Assembly (NCBI RefSeq): GCF_009834535.1
Contig: NC_045696.1
Span: 97,838,001-97,902,000 of the forward strand
Origin: Camelus ferus
Lineage: Eukaryota
Direction of reading: 5' to 3'
DNA: 64,000 bases
In this document: one piece after another, positions 1 to 13,450 of the stretch
Numbering within the stretch: position 1 is the first letter of the stretch
Layout: each line of letters begins with the position of its first letter
The notes under the pieces: model-generated
What the model was told of the DNA's origin: nothing
What the model saw: the letters and a program-made list of their open reading frames with translations, nothing else
Databases searched by the model: none
Program-made: the position numbers and the translations under genes

Positions 1-921
1 TCGCCTTCTGTGTGCTGAAGTCTCCTGGTTCTACTCTCTCCTCATCCAGACCTATGTCTTCCTCTGCCCAGTGAACACCCACCCTGGCAGATTCCACAGA
101 CACCAATTCCACTTGACTGTTTTGATTCTTCATCTCCCCCTGGACAGCCACCGCCTGTCCCACCCTTCTCTACGTCAGCCCCTTTCCCTCTGTTCTCTCT
201 TAGTTAATGACATACCGAGCCTAGAACTCCATCAGCAACTCCTTTTCTCTCACCTCCAACATTAGTGAACTCCAACACTGGGGAACAACTCTCCGATAGC
301 GCTGCCTTTAGGCCGCGGCATCTCTTTCTGAATTCCTGGGACCTCCTAAGTCTCGTCCCCATTTTCATCCTGCTTCATATAGCGCCACACCCCTCCGTTT
401 CAAACCTGATCACAGTGCTTCCCACCCTAGAATCATCCCACAATTTGTTGGCTCGGGAGGCAATACATCGGACCCTGCTGACCCCTCCAGACGCACAGCC
501 CGCCCCTGGCCACCCTACACCGGCCATTCTGGTCTTAAACTGCAGAGTTAGCTTGTCAGTCCCGGAGTAAGGATGGCTAATTCACATTTCTTTGATTGTG
601 TCTTTCTTCTCTCTGTCTGGAAGGGCCTTTCCTCACCATTTTATATGCAAAAAGGGGAGACTTTTTAATAAAAACTCAGACCAGGGATCCCTTCCTTCTC
701 TTCAAACAATATTCCCTAACTAAAGTTAATTGAAATTCCTGTGGGTTACCGTAGTTCCTTGTGAGTGTTTCTGTCAGAACACTTAGCCATGCAATTATTT
801 TTACTGGCCTGTTTCTCCCACTAGACTATAAGTAACTTGAAACCACGCATAAGATTTTACTAACTTTTTGGTAACAATTGCAGCGCCTCTCTGACATGTG
901 ATAGGTACTCAATAAATGCTT

Positions 922-1055
922 GTATTGTATGTTTTATGAGGGGGAGGCAATTTGGTTTATTCATTGATTTCTGCTTGGAGGAGGTACTGGGGATTGAACC
1001 CAGGACCTCTTGGGTATTGAGCATGCGCTCTATCACTTGAGCTATGCCCTCCCCC
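922..1055 (-). mobile_element. Vic-1-like tRNA-derived SINE
   Basis: gaggtactggggattgaacccaggacc...gagctatgccctcccc; TSD taaatgctt; inserted into an L2-like 3' end. Confidence 0.85.
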
Positions 1056-1704
1056 TAAATGCTTAATGAGTGAATTTCCCTTGTTCCTCCCTCACAAGTA
1101 ACCTAATATCCAAGTTCTTTTCTGCATTTGTAATTCATATATAATAAAACCTTACAAATCCCCCAATACTAATATGTAATTGAATGTATATTTTATTTTA
1201 AAATATGGCTATTTATATTCATCTATACAATGAAAGTCGTATAGCCTCATTATTCTTACAATAAATATAACTTTTATATTTTATCCAAAAATATACATAT
1301 TTGATTTCTTCATAAACCCTGAAAATACAGACTTTCTAGAATTGAAAACATTGTGTTTAACTTACTTTTTACAAAGCATCCTATGAAAAGCATTACAAAT
1401 ATCTGTGATTATATAGTTTCATTTTACAGAATTAAGATGTAGGGGGTCCCTATAGTAAGAGCTTTACATGAAAACAGTCGTAGAGATTTCTCCCAGCTTC
1501 TTAATTCTGGGGTAAATCCGTTCACTGGGATTCATGCCTTTATATAAAATGTTCTTAAGTGGGGAAGTCAATTGATCAGATTTTCTGGGACTATACAAAT
1601 CGCCTTGTAGGGGAAATCCTGTATGCAGATCAGTCATTTGACTAGACTTTGAATATAGACCATATACACTTCCTGTCTATTTCTTTTTCTATTCTCATCC
1701 ACAA

Positions 1705-1856
1705 AAGGGAATAGATAAACAATGCTACCCGCTTGCCACAATATTTGATGAAAATGAAAGTTATCTTTTAGACAGAAATAACAGGACATTTACCACAGAT
1801 CCTGAAAAAAGTGGACAGAGAAGATCCAGACTTCCAAGAGTCTAACAGCACGTACT
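1705..1856 (+). pseudogene. CP-like pseudo-exon (CP exon 10 equivalent)
   Basis: KGIDKQCYPLATIFDENESYLLDRNNRTFTTDPEK/VDREDPDFQESNSTY aligns to CP exon 10 at 61457-61607. Acceptor reads cacAA rather than AG; +1 A in gaaaaaa (152 vs 151 nt); gtgag donor. Confidence 0.9.
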
Positions 1857-2466
1857 GTGAGGAACATTTAATTTATAAGATAAATGCATTAGGCAGTTGT
1901 TTAATTTCACTAGGCCTAAAGAATTACAGGTTGTTTAAGAGAGACTTACATTTTCCCCTCAATGGTTGGCTAATATGTTTCATGTTTTCTTTAAATATAA
2001 TTTGCTCCCCAAAATATTGCCTAGTAGGGTGATTATGTTATATTCAATTTACCAAAGATTTACCAATGCCTTTCTGGTGCAATACACTGTGTTAACTATT
2101 GCTAAATGTGATACATAAAAATCATGTATTTCTCTATTGCCAAAGTAGTGGAGTGGATGGGTGGGTGTTTGTTGAGTTAGTTTGTTGATTGGTTGGTTTT
2201 TGAAGACTGTACCATGTGATGGGAAAAGGATTGGTCTAGAATCTGGAGACTTGGACTCTGTCTTAACAGTTCCATTCATTAGCTTAATGACACTTAATAA
2301 GTCTCCCTGGCCTTTGTTTCTTCAAATCTGAAAGGAAGGGTTTGACTTGAATAGCCTTGAGATCTTGCATAAATGAATTGCTTTATGATAAGTCCTTTGT
2401 TGAATTTCAAGAGATGTCAAAGTACCAATAAATTAAATACTCTTCTGTGTTACAAACGTCTTGCAG

Positions 2467-2676
2467 CCATAAATGGATTCAGGTATGGAAATCTGCCTGG
2501 ACTGGATATGTGCTTAGGAGACAACGCTTCATGACACGTTCTTAGTATGGGATCAGTTGACTTTCATGGGATGTATTTTTCAGGAAATAATTTCACTATC
2601 TTAGGAGCAAGGGACGACACTATAACTCTGTTTCCCCACATCTCCCAAACACTTCTTATGACACCTGATTCCACAG
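2467..2676 (+). pseudogene. CP-like pseudo-exon (CP exon 11 equivalent)
   Basis: INGFRYGNLPGLDMCLGDNAS*HVLSMGSVDFHGMYFSGNNF...LLMTPDST aligns to CP exon 11 at 63024-63236. In-frame TGA at 2532-2534 replaces a Trp codon; AG/GT intact. Confidence 0.93.
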
Positions 2677-4208
2677 GTACGTTGTGGATCTTCTGCATCA
2701 GCCTGAAATACATCCAAAGCATAAAGAAGTAATGTCTTCATATGCACTGAATATTCTGTTTGTACAGGAGGAAAAACAAGGAGATTATCCATATAGCATT
2801 TAGTAAATCTTTACCCTGATTTATTTAACTTCTAGGAGCATTAATCTATTATTTTGCTGTATACAAAAATCCTCTCAGCCCTTCCTGGTTTTCTCTTCAC
2901 GTGCTCCAGGCTCTAAATCAACCATACTTTTTGAAAGCAATGAAGATGCTTTGAAGCATTTGAACTTGTTTTCACTCTGTTACTTGCTGCATTTCTTAAG
3001 CTCTGTCTGTTTGTTTCCCAGTCCTTCCTCCTGTGTTTACCTTCCCCTCTTGACTCCTCCTCTTGCTAGCTTTGCTCTCTAGGGAAATGTTTTGACTTCA
3101 GTGGGATTGTTTGTTGCTGGCAATTTTTTTTAAAGGCACCATGTTTCAGGGAATTGTTATGGGGATCAGAAGAGCCTCCCGTCCCCTCTGAACCTAATAC
3201 CCTCATTTGTAAAATAAGGGTAATAATTTACAATCCATATAAAGGAATAGACACAATCAGATGAGATAGATGTGGTGCAATGAAGTGCCTGACATATGTT
3301 AGACTATCAGTAAAATGTTAGTTTCTTCTTTTATTCTGCAGCTCTACCTTCACAAAACAAACAAACAAACAAAGACAAACAAACAAGAAAACAAAATCCT
3401 TCTTGGTCAAATACTTCTGGCACCAATCCAATACCAGCTACACAATAAACCAATTACCCTGTAGAAACCATGGATTGGTATCTTAACTCTGTGATGTTAC
3501 AGATCCACGTGACTACACTTTTCACATTTCAATTTTTTTAAATTTCACTTTGCAAGCAAACAAAGCCTGTGGTTACAAACAATCGGAAGAAAAAAGGAAA
3601 GATCTTTCTCCACTGCTCTTTCTTTCCCTGCTGTACGCACTCACTCAGTGGCAAGTTGTCACTCATCCCCTACCCACTTCTTCCTCTCCTGTCCACTGTA
3701 GATGTTTTCCGGGACTTAAAAAAAAAAAAAAAAAAGTTTCCCGCTCTTCACTCTTTTTCTTAAACAGTATCCCCAGCAGTCAACTCATGGAGGCACCTAG
3801 TAGGCAATAAGCATTGTGCCAGATGAGAATCATTTCATTCTAAACAAATTCTCGTTCTCAAACCCTCTGAGTCTGGAGGTTTTTCTTTCTTATCAGTCTT
3901 CACACTTACCTTACACAATAAGGAAAAGCAACAACAGAAATGGATACAGAGTTGGAAGAGAATATTAGTGTTGATGAAGGGAATCTTAAGAAGCAAAGTC
4001 AGAACATGATGGGCATAAAATTACCAAAATAAAGGACGGCTGGAATTCACTGGTCTGAACCAGGCTGGAGTTTCTTTGTTGCGGTGGTTTGTTTTTGTTG
4101 TGGTTATTGTTCGGGGGGTTTTGACGTATTGCTGATTGCCTTCAACTTCCTTTCACTACTTCACTTGCTAACTCTCTGACCCGCCGTCATCTCTCATGGA
4201 CTATTTTA

Positions 4209-4383
4209 TTTTTAACAGTTTTTTTTCTTTTAACAGTTTCCTTTTTAAAATTTTTTTAAGTTTATTTTTGAGGGGAGGTAATTAGGTTTATTCATGTATT
4301 TTTAACAGAGATACTGGGGATTGAACTCAGGACCTCCCACATGCTGGGAATGTGCTCTACCCCTGAGCTATACCTCTCCTCAC
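4209..4383 (-). mobile_element. Vic-1-like SINE
   Basis: Same consensus; 18-bp TSD ctctcatggactatttta (4191-4208 / 4384-4401). Confidence 0.87.
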
Positions 4384-4401
4384 CTCTCATGGACTATTTT
4401 A

Positions 4402-5092
4402 ATAGCCTCCTAACAGTTCTCCTTCCTCTCACCTTTGCCCACTCTAATTTAATCTCAGTACAGCAGCCACAATGTCTTTATGTCACTCATGGACTCAAAA
4501 ATCACACAACGGCTCCCCATTTCACTGCGTGAAAGTACTGATTTTTCAGTGGCCCACAGGGGCCCAGGTGACTTTGTCCTCCATTCCCCACCGGTCTGGT
4601 CTCCTTGTACTCTCTCCCTTGCTCACTCCCCTGCAGACACACTGGCCTCTTCCATGCTCCTTAGATACACCAGGCAGACCCTCAGCTTGGGGGCTTTGCT
4701 ACCTATTTCCTCTGCCTGGATTGCTCTTCCTCTACGTCCACCATTTACCTCTTCTGAATCTTTACCCAAATGTCACCCACCCATCAAGACTCACCCTGAT
4801 CATCCTATAAACTGTTGTTCACTGCCCCCCTCCCCCAACACATTCATCCAGAATTCTCAATCCTCCTTACACTACTCTACTTTTTTCCTTAATCCAGGTG
4901 ATAAGTGTACTTCCAACATACATAAAAGTTACTATGTTTGTTTGTCTCTACAATATTCTGCAATATAAACTCCAAGGGCAAGAATTTTTAACTGCTTTGT
5001 TCATGGAGATTTCCCAAGTGCCTAGAAATATGTCTGGCTTACAGCCTGTTTGTCAGTAACTATTTGTCAAATTAGTGAAAGAATGAGTGAAC
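4402..5092. mobile_element. L2 fragment
   Basis: Pyrimidine-rich L2-like text ending aagtgcctagaa...gaaagaatgagtgaa. Confidence 0.6.
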
Positions 5093-5197
5093 TATCTTAC
5101 TGTATTCCTTCTGAGGATTCATATCTTATAAATGACTTCGTGGAGAAAAGAAGTCTGAGTGCAAAACCTTAAGCATTCTTTTCTTATTCGCCTCTAG

Positions 5198-5402
5198 GAA
5201 TTTTTCATGTGGTTTGTACGACCACAGAGCACTATCAAGGAGGTATGAAACAGAAATACCAAGTGAGGCAGTGTTCAGGGCCAAACCCGGATCCAGCAGA
5301 GTACCAGGAGGAGAAGACTGTTTATATTGAGGCTGAGGAAATTGTGTGGGATTGTTCTAACAGGACGTGGGAGAGGGAACTGCGACGTCCTCCAGGAAAG
5401 AA
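5198..5402 (+). pseudogene. CP-like pseudo-exon (CP exon 12 equivalent) with domain-4 type-1 Cu motif
   Basis: IFHVVCTTTEHYQGGMKQKYQVRQC...YIEAEEIVWD...WEREL contains the C-x4-H-x4-M motif. Open frame; donor reads GCatgg. Confidence 0.9.
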
Positions 5403-5485
5403 GCATGGCGGCGACTTCAGTCTCTACTTGGGCAGGGTTTATTCTATAGTCCCCCACCCTTTCCTTCCAGTCTCTCTCTCTCCCA

Positions 5486-5570
5486 TGTGTATGTGTATGT
5501 GTGTGTGGTGTGTGTTTGTGTGTGGTACACATGTGTGTGATGGGCGTGTGTGCATGGAATGTGTGTGACG
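5486..5570. repeat. Imperfect (TG)n microsatellite
   Basis: Direct reading. Other simple repeats: (TA)n ~10420-10444 and ~16818-16840; (CA)n ~41273-41310 and ~42759-42780. Confidence 0.85.
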
Positions 5571-6188
5571 TGTATTTAGGATACATTCAATTACAAACAA
5601 CTTCAAAACGTGTGTGCGATGTCTTCAATTATAAATGACTTCAAATTTTCCCGTGTACCTCCATAACTTACTTCTGTGCTGTTTTTCCCCATCTCTCTTC
5701 TCACTTCTTGCATCTGATCTTCCAAGTGTGTTTTACCATCCGATAGCAGCACTTCTGAGGTAGAGTAAATATAATTTCAGCTACATTTAACATTTGGAAT
5801 CATTCAGGGTTTTTTTTGTTTGGTTTTTTTGGTCTTCATTTGTTTCTCTCATTATTCTTCTGAGAACCTCAAATTGAGGACAGTGATTTTTCTTTTCTGT
5901 GTGAAATTTGATTTCTGTCTCTGATTTATCTTCCTACTATTTATTCATTTATCAAAACTAAAATTTCATCCTGAAAACAGGTTTTAAAGTACACAATTAA
6001 TATCCAACAATCTTACTAGAAAGAATATATATTTTAAAAAAAGGAATTACTCTTCAAGGTAAAATAGCCTCTAGATATTAATAAATTGTATTATTTCAAT
6101 AAGAAGTTCTTCCATATGAGAATTTGTCTAATTTAATGGCTAAATTAATTTTATGGGTTTTTTAGGCTTTGTTTTTATTTTCTCAAAG

Positions 6189-6327
6189 TGAAACAAACAT
6201 ATATTTGGACAATATTGGGACGTATGTTGGGTCCAAAAACAGGAAAGTCATATACCATCAATATGATGACATCACATTCACGAATCAAACAGCAAGAAAT
6301 GAAATGAGAAACATCTGGACATACTAG
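6189..6327 (+). pseudogene. CP-like pseudo-exon (CP exon 13 equivalent)
   Basis: ETNIYLDNIGTYVGSKNRKVIYHQYDDITFTNQTARNE/EKHLDILG; 1-nt deletion near 6303 (139 nt); AG/GT ends. Confidence 0.88.
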
Positions 6328-7951
6328 GTATTGCTATACTGTTAAGATTGGCTCTGGGGTTTGTCATCTTGTTCTCAGCCTCGACAGAGGGTCGCATACA
6401 TTAAGGATATTGTCAACTTCCACCTTGACAGAGGGAGGTGTCTATAATTCTAACATTAATTTGTTTGCAGATAGGCACTTTTACTGGGAAAAGAAAAGTG
6501 ATTCAAGGATTATTCAGTAGAAAATAAAGAGGCCATAGACAATTAGTATGGTCAGTTTCAGATTACCCGGCTTCTTGCACTCAGAATCCAAAACTTCTGG
6601 ATGCGGGAGGGATCTCAGAAGTAGCATTTAGAGATAATTTCATTGAAATTAAAACAAAGCCCCAAAACCCCAGTACAGTGAGGAGAGGGCTTTTTGTGTT
6701 TCAATAGAAGTGTTTGGTTTAACCACTTAAGCGTCAAGGTTTAATGGCATCTCTGTCCAGGAGTGAGAAAAGTTACAGCCCTTATCTCCACCCTTGCCAG
6801 ATCATCTAGGAAACCTGCAAGTCACCCCCAAGCACCCCCACATAACATTTCCGTAAGTCACTTGATGTCTTCATACATCAAATGGCATTTCCACATGTTG
6901 CATAGTGTCTCCAGAAGTCACATGGCATTTCCATACGCCCAGATCTTGTTTGGGTCCTGATACCTGTGTGTCTCTCAGAGGCCATTTTCTGGCGTGGGAC
7001 CCTGAGAAGGTGGACTTACATGGTCATGAGGAGGAACTCTTACTCTTCTTGGCTCCTCATTAGCCTTTAGAGCTTTGCAACCCCTGGAGGGAGGTCCGTG
7101 CTATCCAGCTCCCAGTGTTTTGGGGTGAGCCCTTATTTTTAGTAACAGCAAAGTATTTGTTTTCGCTAGGATTCTGACAGAAAGTACTAAGATAAATAAC
7201 ATAACTCTATAGAGTCTATTATTATTTAAACCTACTCCTCCCACCCCGACTTTCTATAGAAAAGGAAAAACAAGCATAGTGTGTGAGGTAGTAGAATTAC
7301 CATGGGAGACAAAGAGGTGCTGTGCTTTGCTAGCATCTAGCATCGGATTTGAGTAATGACAGCATAAGTTTAAGAAGACTTCTTACTGCTGAGTTCATCT
7401 CCAAACCATCTGCTTCAGAATTTTTAGAGCCACAGATTCAGTCTATTTCCAAAGAGAAAGAAGATTTATAACAAATCATATCCCTCCAGTTCTTTGCCTG
7501 GGATGGAAGGGAGAGAGAGTAGAATGAAGGATCTCTAGTCTGTGGGAAAGATGATCACCGGGGTCAATAAAATGGCCTTGCAGCTCCTCCCAATCACCCA
7601 CTTGGGGAAAGGGGAAAGAATAAAAGGCATAAATGATGAGGCTGATCGAGAAAGAAAATAAAGTGTTCCATTTCTAAATTGTGTGTTTCCATAGGCATTA
7701 ACTGATGCTCATTGAATAAGTTTTCTAGAGCTGGGGCTTATAAAAATTCTAGATGATCTACATTTTCTGGGGAAAAACCATGTTTCATGAGTCAGCAGTG
7801 ATCCATTTGTTAAATGTGTTTGTGTTTCCCTTGGCTGAGTGTTAAGGAAACGAATAAGAACAAGTCACTCTCTAAATATTTAAGGGGACAGATGACTCAT
7901 AATTGAAAATAAATAGCAACTATCCACAAATTTCCTTTTTCTATATCTTAG

Positions 7952-8080
7952 GTCCTATAATATTTCTCAGCCCTGGTCAGACATTCCATATTGTCTTGAA
8001 AAATAAGGCCTCAAGACCATATTCTATTCATGCTCATGGAGTGAAAACAAAGTATACCACTGTTGTTCCAACACAGCCAG
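7952..8080 (+). pseudogene. CP-like pseudo-exon (CP exon 14 equivalent), intact
   Basis: GPIIFLSPGQTFHIVLKNKASRPYSIHAHGVKTKYTTVVPTQPG; 129 nt, AG/GT. Confidence 0.92.
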
Positions 8081-8218
8081 GTAACTGCTTTGGGAGAAAG
8101 AAAAGCCCCAAAGCTTTTATGTAGGACCGTGGGGTTAATGTTCATTCTTTTTCAAACTTATTTTGTTTGTTTGTTTGTTTGTTTGTTTTTCTCTCTTTCA
8201 ATTTTTAACACACAAGGA

Positions 8219-8312
8219 TTTTTTTTTTTTAATGGAGGTAACTGGGATTGAAACCAGGCAGGACATCCTGCATGCTAAGCATGTGCTCTACCACTGAGCT
8301 ATACCCACCCCC
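8219..8312 (-). mobile_element. Vic-1-like SINE (short form)
   Basis: poly-T, then aatggaggta...catgctaagcatgtgctctaccactgagctataccc. Confidence 0.85.
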
Positions 8313-10080
8313 TAATAATTTGGTCTTAAATACAGGTGTAGTTCCTGATGAGAGAGGCCAGTGGACTAGTAAGAAGGGTCTGAAGAGTGAGTTTGGGAGA
8401 GAAGTTCCTTTTGCAAGTAGAGTTGGCTTCCAGGATGGGGCACCGTGTGTACACAATCTGTATACAACTCCCCAGTGTATACAATTTCTCCTCTAGGGCC
8501 GCCCCCTCTCCCACCTTTCCACCTGTCCAGCTGTCAGGTATTCTGTTCAATCTCTCCAACTCAAGTACCAAAGTAGGAGTCGAGCATAAGATGCCGTGTG
8601 TGAGGGAGGGAACAAGGGAGAGAGTTGGGCCGCCAAGAGGAAGCAATGAACCTCACATGCTAATATGTCTACGGCATCACCGCTACACGACAGGCCACTC
8701 AGCATTCTACACTCAAAGGGTAGACTCTGAAATGAAGATTCACATGCAGGTAGTGATCTTGGGATCAACAAATATGGAATGAAAAAGAAAGAGGCAGACT
8801 TGGGCAGGGGGAAAGGGTCAACAGAGATGCAGCCTGAATAGCAGTCACAGCCAAGCATGTGAGAAATTCAGAAGACTGGGTGGCCCTCAGCCATCCTGAG
8901 TTGGGGTGAGAGGGCCGGGCCTTTACGTGCCTCAGTCATTGGATGCAGTCTTGAGGGTGGTGGCTCTCTTCAGCTGAGGTTGTCAGTGAAGAGGGTTGAT
9001 ACCTGGTGGAGCATTTTTCAAGGGGGATCTGAAGTGGACACCCAAAATGTCCTCCATCTTTGCCCACCAAAATATGAAGTTCTGGGAATTCAGGGTATCC
9101 AGGAAAGAGCCAAATTTAGAAAGGAAAGATCTGTGGGGCAGAGGGACTCAAGATAGACCTTGATGGTGGGTGAAATATTCCCTTTGATTTTAAAAACAGG
9201 CAGTCCTATGGTGGGACTGACATGAATGTCCTATCAAGGGAGTTTGCAAGTCAGCGCTCTGTTTTGATTAGTCAGAAAAGGATCACATTTCGTGCATTTC
9301 ACAAACACTTCTGAGTACCCTGCTGTGCCCCTGGCACTGTGTGGTATGTGAGGAAGGTAGGGGGTAGTACTAAATAGATGGTTAAAGATTGAAGTGGGGA
9401 GGCTGAAGATGGGGTTGGTTAGTGGAGAGCACTGGGTCACACGTGCTTGGGAAAATTAACTTAAGCCTCTGGAAGGGGGAGACTTCAGATTATACAGTGA
9501 GGGGAGACAGTGAGGGGCCAAAAGAATTTTCCTGCAAGAGTCAAGAGGATTCAAATTAAGTAGGGTTAATGCAAACAGCCTTGGGACTGGGGAGGAGACA
9601 CATGTGATCCACAAATTGGAAGGTTCAGAGCTGTGATTCAAAGCAGTCCTGTCCCATTTCAAAGCCTGAGTCATCTTCACTACAATAAAGATTTGTTGAA
9701 TGAATAAATGAGATATTTACTGATTGACATTTTCAATAGTAGAATCTCTATAAAGTTTTGATTCAGTAACACTGAGGATATAATAGTGACATTGACAGTG
9801 ACTTGCCCTGTAGGTCAGGTGACGCAGCACCAAGGGCCTCCTTTGCACCATCGTGTCTAATCCCTAAATCCCCATTTTATTTGCGTGACGAAACAGAAGC
9901 CCAGAAAATGTAAACACACAGACACATGGACTAAGGCCGGAAAGCAAGGAGCAGCAGAGCCCGAAGTGAAAACGAGGACTAATATTTATATAGCTTTAGC
10001 GTTGGCTTATTATCTGTTCCTCCATAAAGAAGTGTGATTTAAAAGATTCTATTTAAACACACTGTATTTGCCTATTTTAG

Positions 10081-10182
10081 GAGAGATCCAAACACACATT
10101 TGGCAGATTCCGGAAAGAACTGGTCCTTCCCCAGAGGACTTTGAGTGTATACCTTGGTTTTACTACTGTGGAGGTGTTTAAG
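10081..10182 (+). pseudogene. CP-like pseudo-exon (CP exon 15 equivalent)
   Basis: EIQTHIWQIPERTGPSPEDFECIPWFY/TVEVFK; apparent 5-nt deletion near 10164 causes a frameshift; AG/GT ends. Confidence 0.88.
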
Positions 10183-11149
10183 GTAAACTTTAAATCACAA
10201 TTTTTATCTTATCTCCTCTTAGAAATTATAATGAAAGAAAGGAATTTCTTTTTCTTTAAAAAAAAAATCTTAGTTTTATGTAAACTTTCTCAATATCGCT
10301 CAGCTTTTAACCTACATGGTTTTGCACTTTTCAAGAGCAAAATAAATTATTACATTATGATCACTTAGGTTTATGACATCTACCCAAGTGTTACTGTTGT
10401 TGCCACTGTGGATTGGGAGATATATATATATATATATATATATAGTTACATGATAATATCCTCTTCTTTGTTTCACTGAAAAGGATTTGGGTTCCAGAAA
10501 ACTAAAAGTAGGGGGTTTTAAAATGCTATGCTTAATGAGAAATAAATATATATGTATTATATATCTTTTAAAAATTCTCATCTCTGGAGTTCCAGTTTAC
10601 TTGCATTCCAAAAAAAAAAAAAAAAAAAGAGTTCCCTCTTTGGCCTTTCAGTTATTTTTGGCCTACACTCTGCCAAAAACAAGAAGAGACACAGACAGTC
10701 AACCCCAAAACAAAACGAATATAAATAAACCAAGGCTCCCAGCTGAAAGTGGCCACGAGGGCAGAGGCTTCCCGGCGGGAAGGATCTGAGACCTTGAGAC
10801 ATGTCTGCCGACTGGTTCCAATGCCCAGGAATTCTAATCAAAATCAAAGTTCTGTTTTTAAATTAAAATTTCAAAAATAGAACTAAATCCACTGGAGAAT
10901 GTGTCTAAAATCCCTTTCAAGATTTTGTTGTTCTCTTTAGACCTCAATGGTGATAAAGGAGATGACCATTTTTCTTCAGTCAGGGATATAGCATGTCAAA
11001 CATTTGGTTTCTTATGCTCAAACTTAGAATCTTAATCATTAAAAACTCAAGCTCTGATCTTACTCAAACTAAAACTTGTTTCCATCCTTTTCCTTGACTG
11101 GGAGAATGTTTTTTAAACATCTAAAATATTAATTTTTATTAAAAAATTT

Positions 11150-11375
11150 AAAACAGTTTTTTTAGTGTTTTTTATTTGTATATATATATTTTTATTGAAG
11201 TCTAGTCAGTTTACAATGTTGTACAAATTTCTGGTGTACAGCACAATGCTTCAGTCATACATGAACATATATATATTCATTTTCATATTCTTTTTTTAAT
11301 GTATTAGTTCTTTTTTTAGTATATATATAATTTTTTTTTATTGAAGTATAGTCAGTTTACAATGTTGTGTCAGTT
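11150..11375 (-). mobile_element. Two adjacent short L1 3'-end fragments
   Basis: ttttattgaagt(c/a)tagtcagtttacaatgttgt occurs twice; same 3' end as the longer L1s here. Confidence 0.7.
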
Positions 11376-11416
11376 TGTGGGCTATTCCTCTCCATAATCT
11401 TGCTTTTCCTCTCCAG

Positions 11417-11616
11417 GATCTTAACAGTGGACTGAAAGGGCCTTTGATCATATGTTGCAAAGACACCAAAGCCAGCATAGTTCACGGTGTTCTCCACTTC
11501 ATGATTTTTAATGAGAATGAGTCCTGGTTTTTTGAAGAAAACATCAATACTGTTCTCAAGAACAAACCAAGTTGACAGGAATGACAATGAGTTTGACCTC
11601 AGCAAGCAAATGCACA
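11417..11616 (+). pseudogene. CP-like pseudo-exon (CP exon 16 equivalent)
   Basis: DLNSGLKGPLIICCK...FMIFNENESWFFEENIN.../VDRNDNEFDLSKQMH; frameshift between about 11549 and 11571. Confidence 0.88.
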
Positions 11617-11756
11617 GTAGTATCCACTCCCCGACTCACCCCCTGTAGCCTACAGGTTGCTGTGCCCAAAGGCAACAGGTAAAGGTTTGCATCTCTCACT
11701 CTCAGCACAGTTTCAAGGACATGATCACACACAGGTGGGGTACAGATCATGTGGAT

Positions 11757-12080
11757 CAGGGGTCACAAACTTTTTCCATCAAGAGCCTGATTGTAAAGAG
11801 TTTGGTCTTGTAGACCACACAGTCTTTGCCATAAGCTGTCTTCTCCACCTTTGTGGCACAAAAGCACTTACAGATGACATGTCAACAAATGGAAGTGGCC
11901 ACGAGTCAGTAAAACTTCATTTATGGCCGGAACTTGCGTTTTATACAATTTTCACGTGTCAGGAAATATTACTCGCTTATTTTTTTTCCAACCCTTTAGA
12001 AATTTAAAAACCATTCTTTGCTCATGAGCCGCAGAGAAACAAAACGGGCAGTGAGTGGGCTGGAGCTGGCGTGCGGGCTG
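11757..12080. mobile_element. hAT-Charlie MITE (MER58-like)
   Basis: caggggtcacaaacttttt...aataaaact-like core...ccctg termini. Confidence 0.55.
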
Positions 12081-13017
12081 GAGACCCCTGTCCTTGCAGC
12101 GAGGTGAATTCTCATGCCTCTGGAGCCCTGCAGGCAGTGTAAAACCAAAGAAATCGGCCATGGTTTCTGAGGGGCCTGACTACACTCTAAGTATTTTACC
12201 TGGATGGACCCAGGGAGATGTGGGGTTTAAGACAAACTAGAAAGCGCATACCCCACCCACTCCTCCTCACTTCCTTACCAAAGGACCTTTGCAGGCAGAA
12301 CTTTTAAAAACCCCGCACTCATCACCCAGAACTCCTTTATAGGTTCACTGTGACTAGGTTTGCCCTGTTTATGACCCACCTCCATGTAGAATCCTAGTAA
12401 TAAGGCAACTATTCAAATAAAAGCATATAAGCAACCGTGCTTAATCACAATCTTTCTGGCCCCAATCCTTGCCCCTGAGGAAGTTCAAGGGTAGGACTGG
12501 GCCAGGGATCCTTATGTAAGGCAAATCCAAATGTGATTGATCACTTTTAACTTGTTAGATTTTTTTCCTTATGCAAGAAATATATGTAAATTGAAAATTA
12601 ATTCGAGGGCTGCATCCATGCTATCCGTAGTCTTTTAATAAGCATCACAGAGGCCACAAAGCACCATATTAGGCCCTAAGAGGACACAAGGGTCCAAAAG
12701 ATGGGACATCTTCCCTCAGGTTGTTCACAGTGTGTGGCTACAATACAAGGCTGGCTTGAGGGGACGCTGTCACAAATATAAACACAGTGCTGTGCTCTAA
12801 ATTCTTACGTGGGAGATTAAGAAAGTTTTTATGAAGGGGGGAGACCTTTGAGTTGAGGATTTAAGGATGCATAGGATTTTCTCTAGTAGAAAAGGAGGGA
12901 ATGACATTCCAGGTAGAGGGCAGAATGTGAGCCAAGTCACACAGCACCTGGAAAGAAAAAACCATCAGTATGTGGAAGCTTGAGGAACTCGTTAACAACG
13001 GAGATCTGATCTGAACC

Positions 13018-13222
13018 AGGGTTTCTCAAGCTTATCACTGTTGACGTTTTGAGTCGGATAGCAATTTGCAATGGGGGCTGCCCTGGGTGTTATAGGATGT
13101 TTACTGACATCAACCCCGATGCCAGTAGCACCTTCCCCCAAGTTGTGACAACGAAAAAATGTCTCCAGGCACTGCCAACTGTCCCCTGGGGGACAAAGTC
13201 CTGTAGAGAAGCAGTGTGCTAA
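13018..13222. mobile_element. hAT-Charlie MITE (MER20-like)
   Basis: caggg tttctcaa...ccaagttgtgacaac...aatgtctccag.cactgccaa.tgtcccctggggg. Confidence 0.75.
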
Positions 13223-13284
13223 AGGCACCAACAGCACTGAGCTCAGGAACAGGAGGAATAGACGTGTGTCTTAGGAACAGCTCT

Positions 13285-13450
13285 GGCACTTGTGCTCCCA
13301 GGGTGGTCCTTGGACCAGCAGCAGAAGCATCACTTGGGAGCTTGTTAGAAACGCGGAGTTTCAGTCCTTACAGACCTAGTGAATCATAATCTACATTTTA
13401 AACAAGATTCCCAGCCATGGGCACATTCAGGTTTGAGAAGCACTGATCTA
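13285..13450. mobile_element. hAT-Charlie MITE (MER5A-like)
   Basis: gtggtccttggaccagcagcag...cttgttagaaa...aacaagattccc...gtttgagaagcactg. Confidence 0.75.

Noticed and set aside
4472..4968. Overlapping 112- and 162-aa ORFs
   Set aside because: They lie inside a pyrimidine-rich L2 remnant, where stop codons are scarce by composition.
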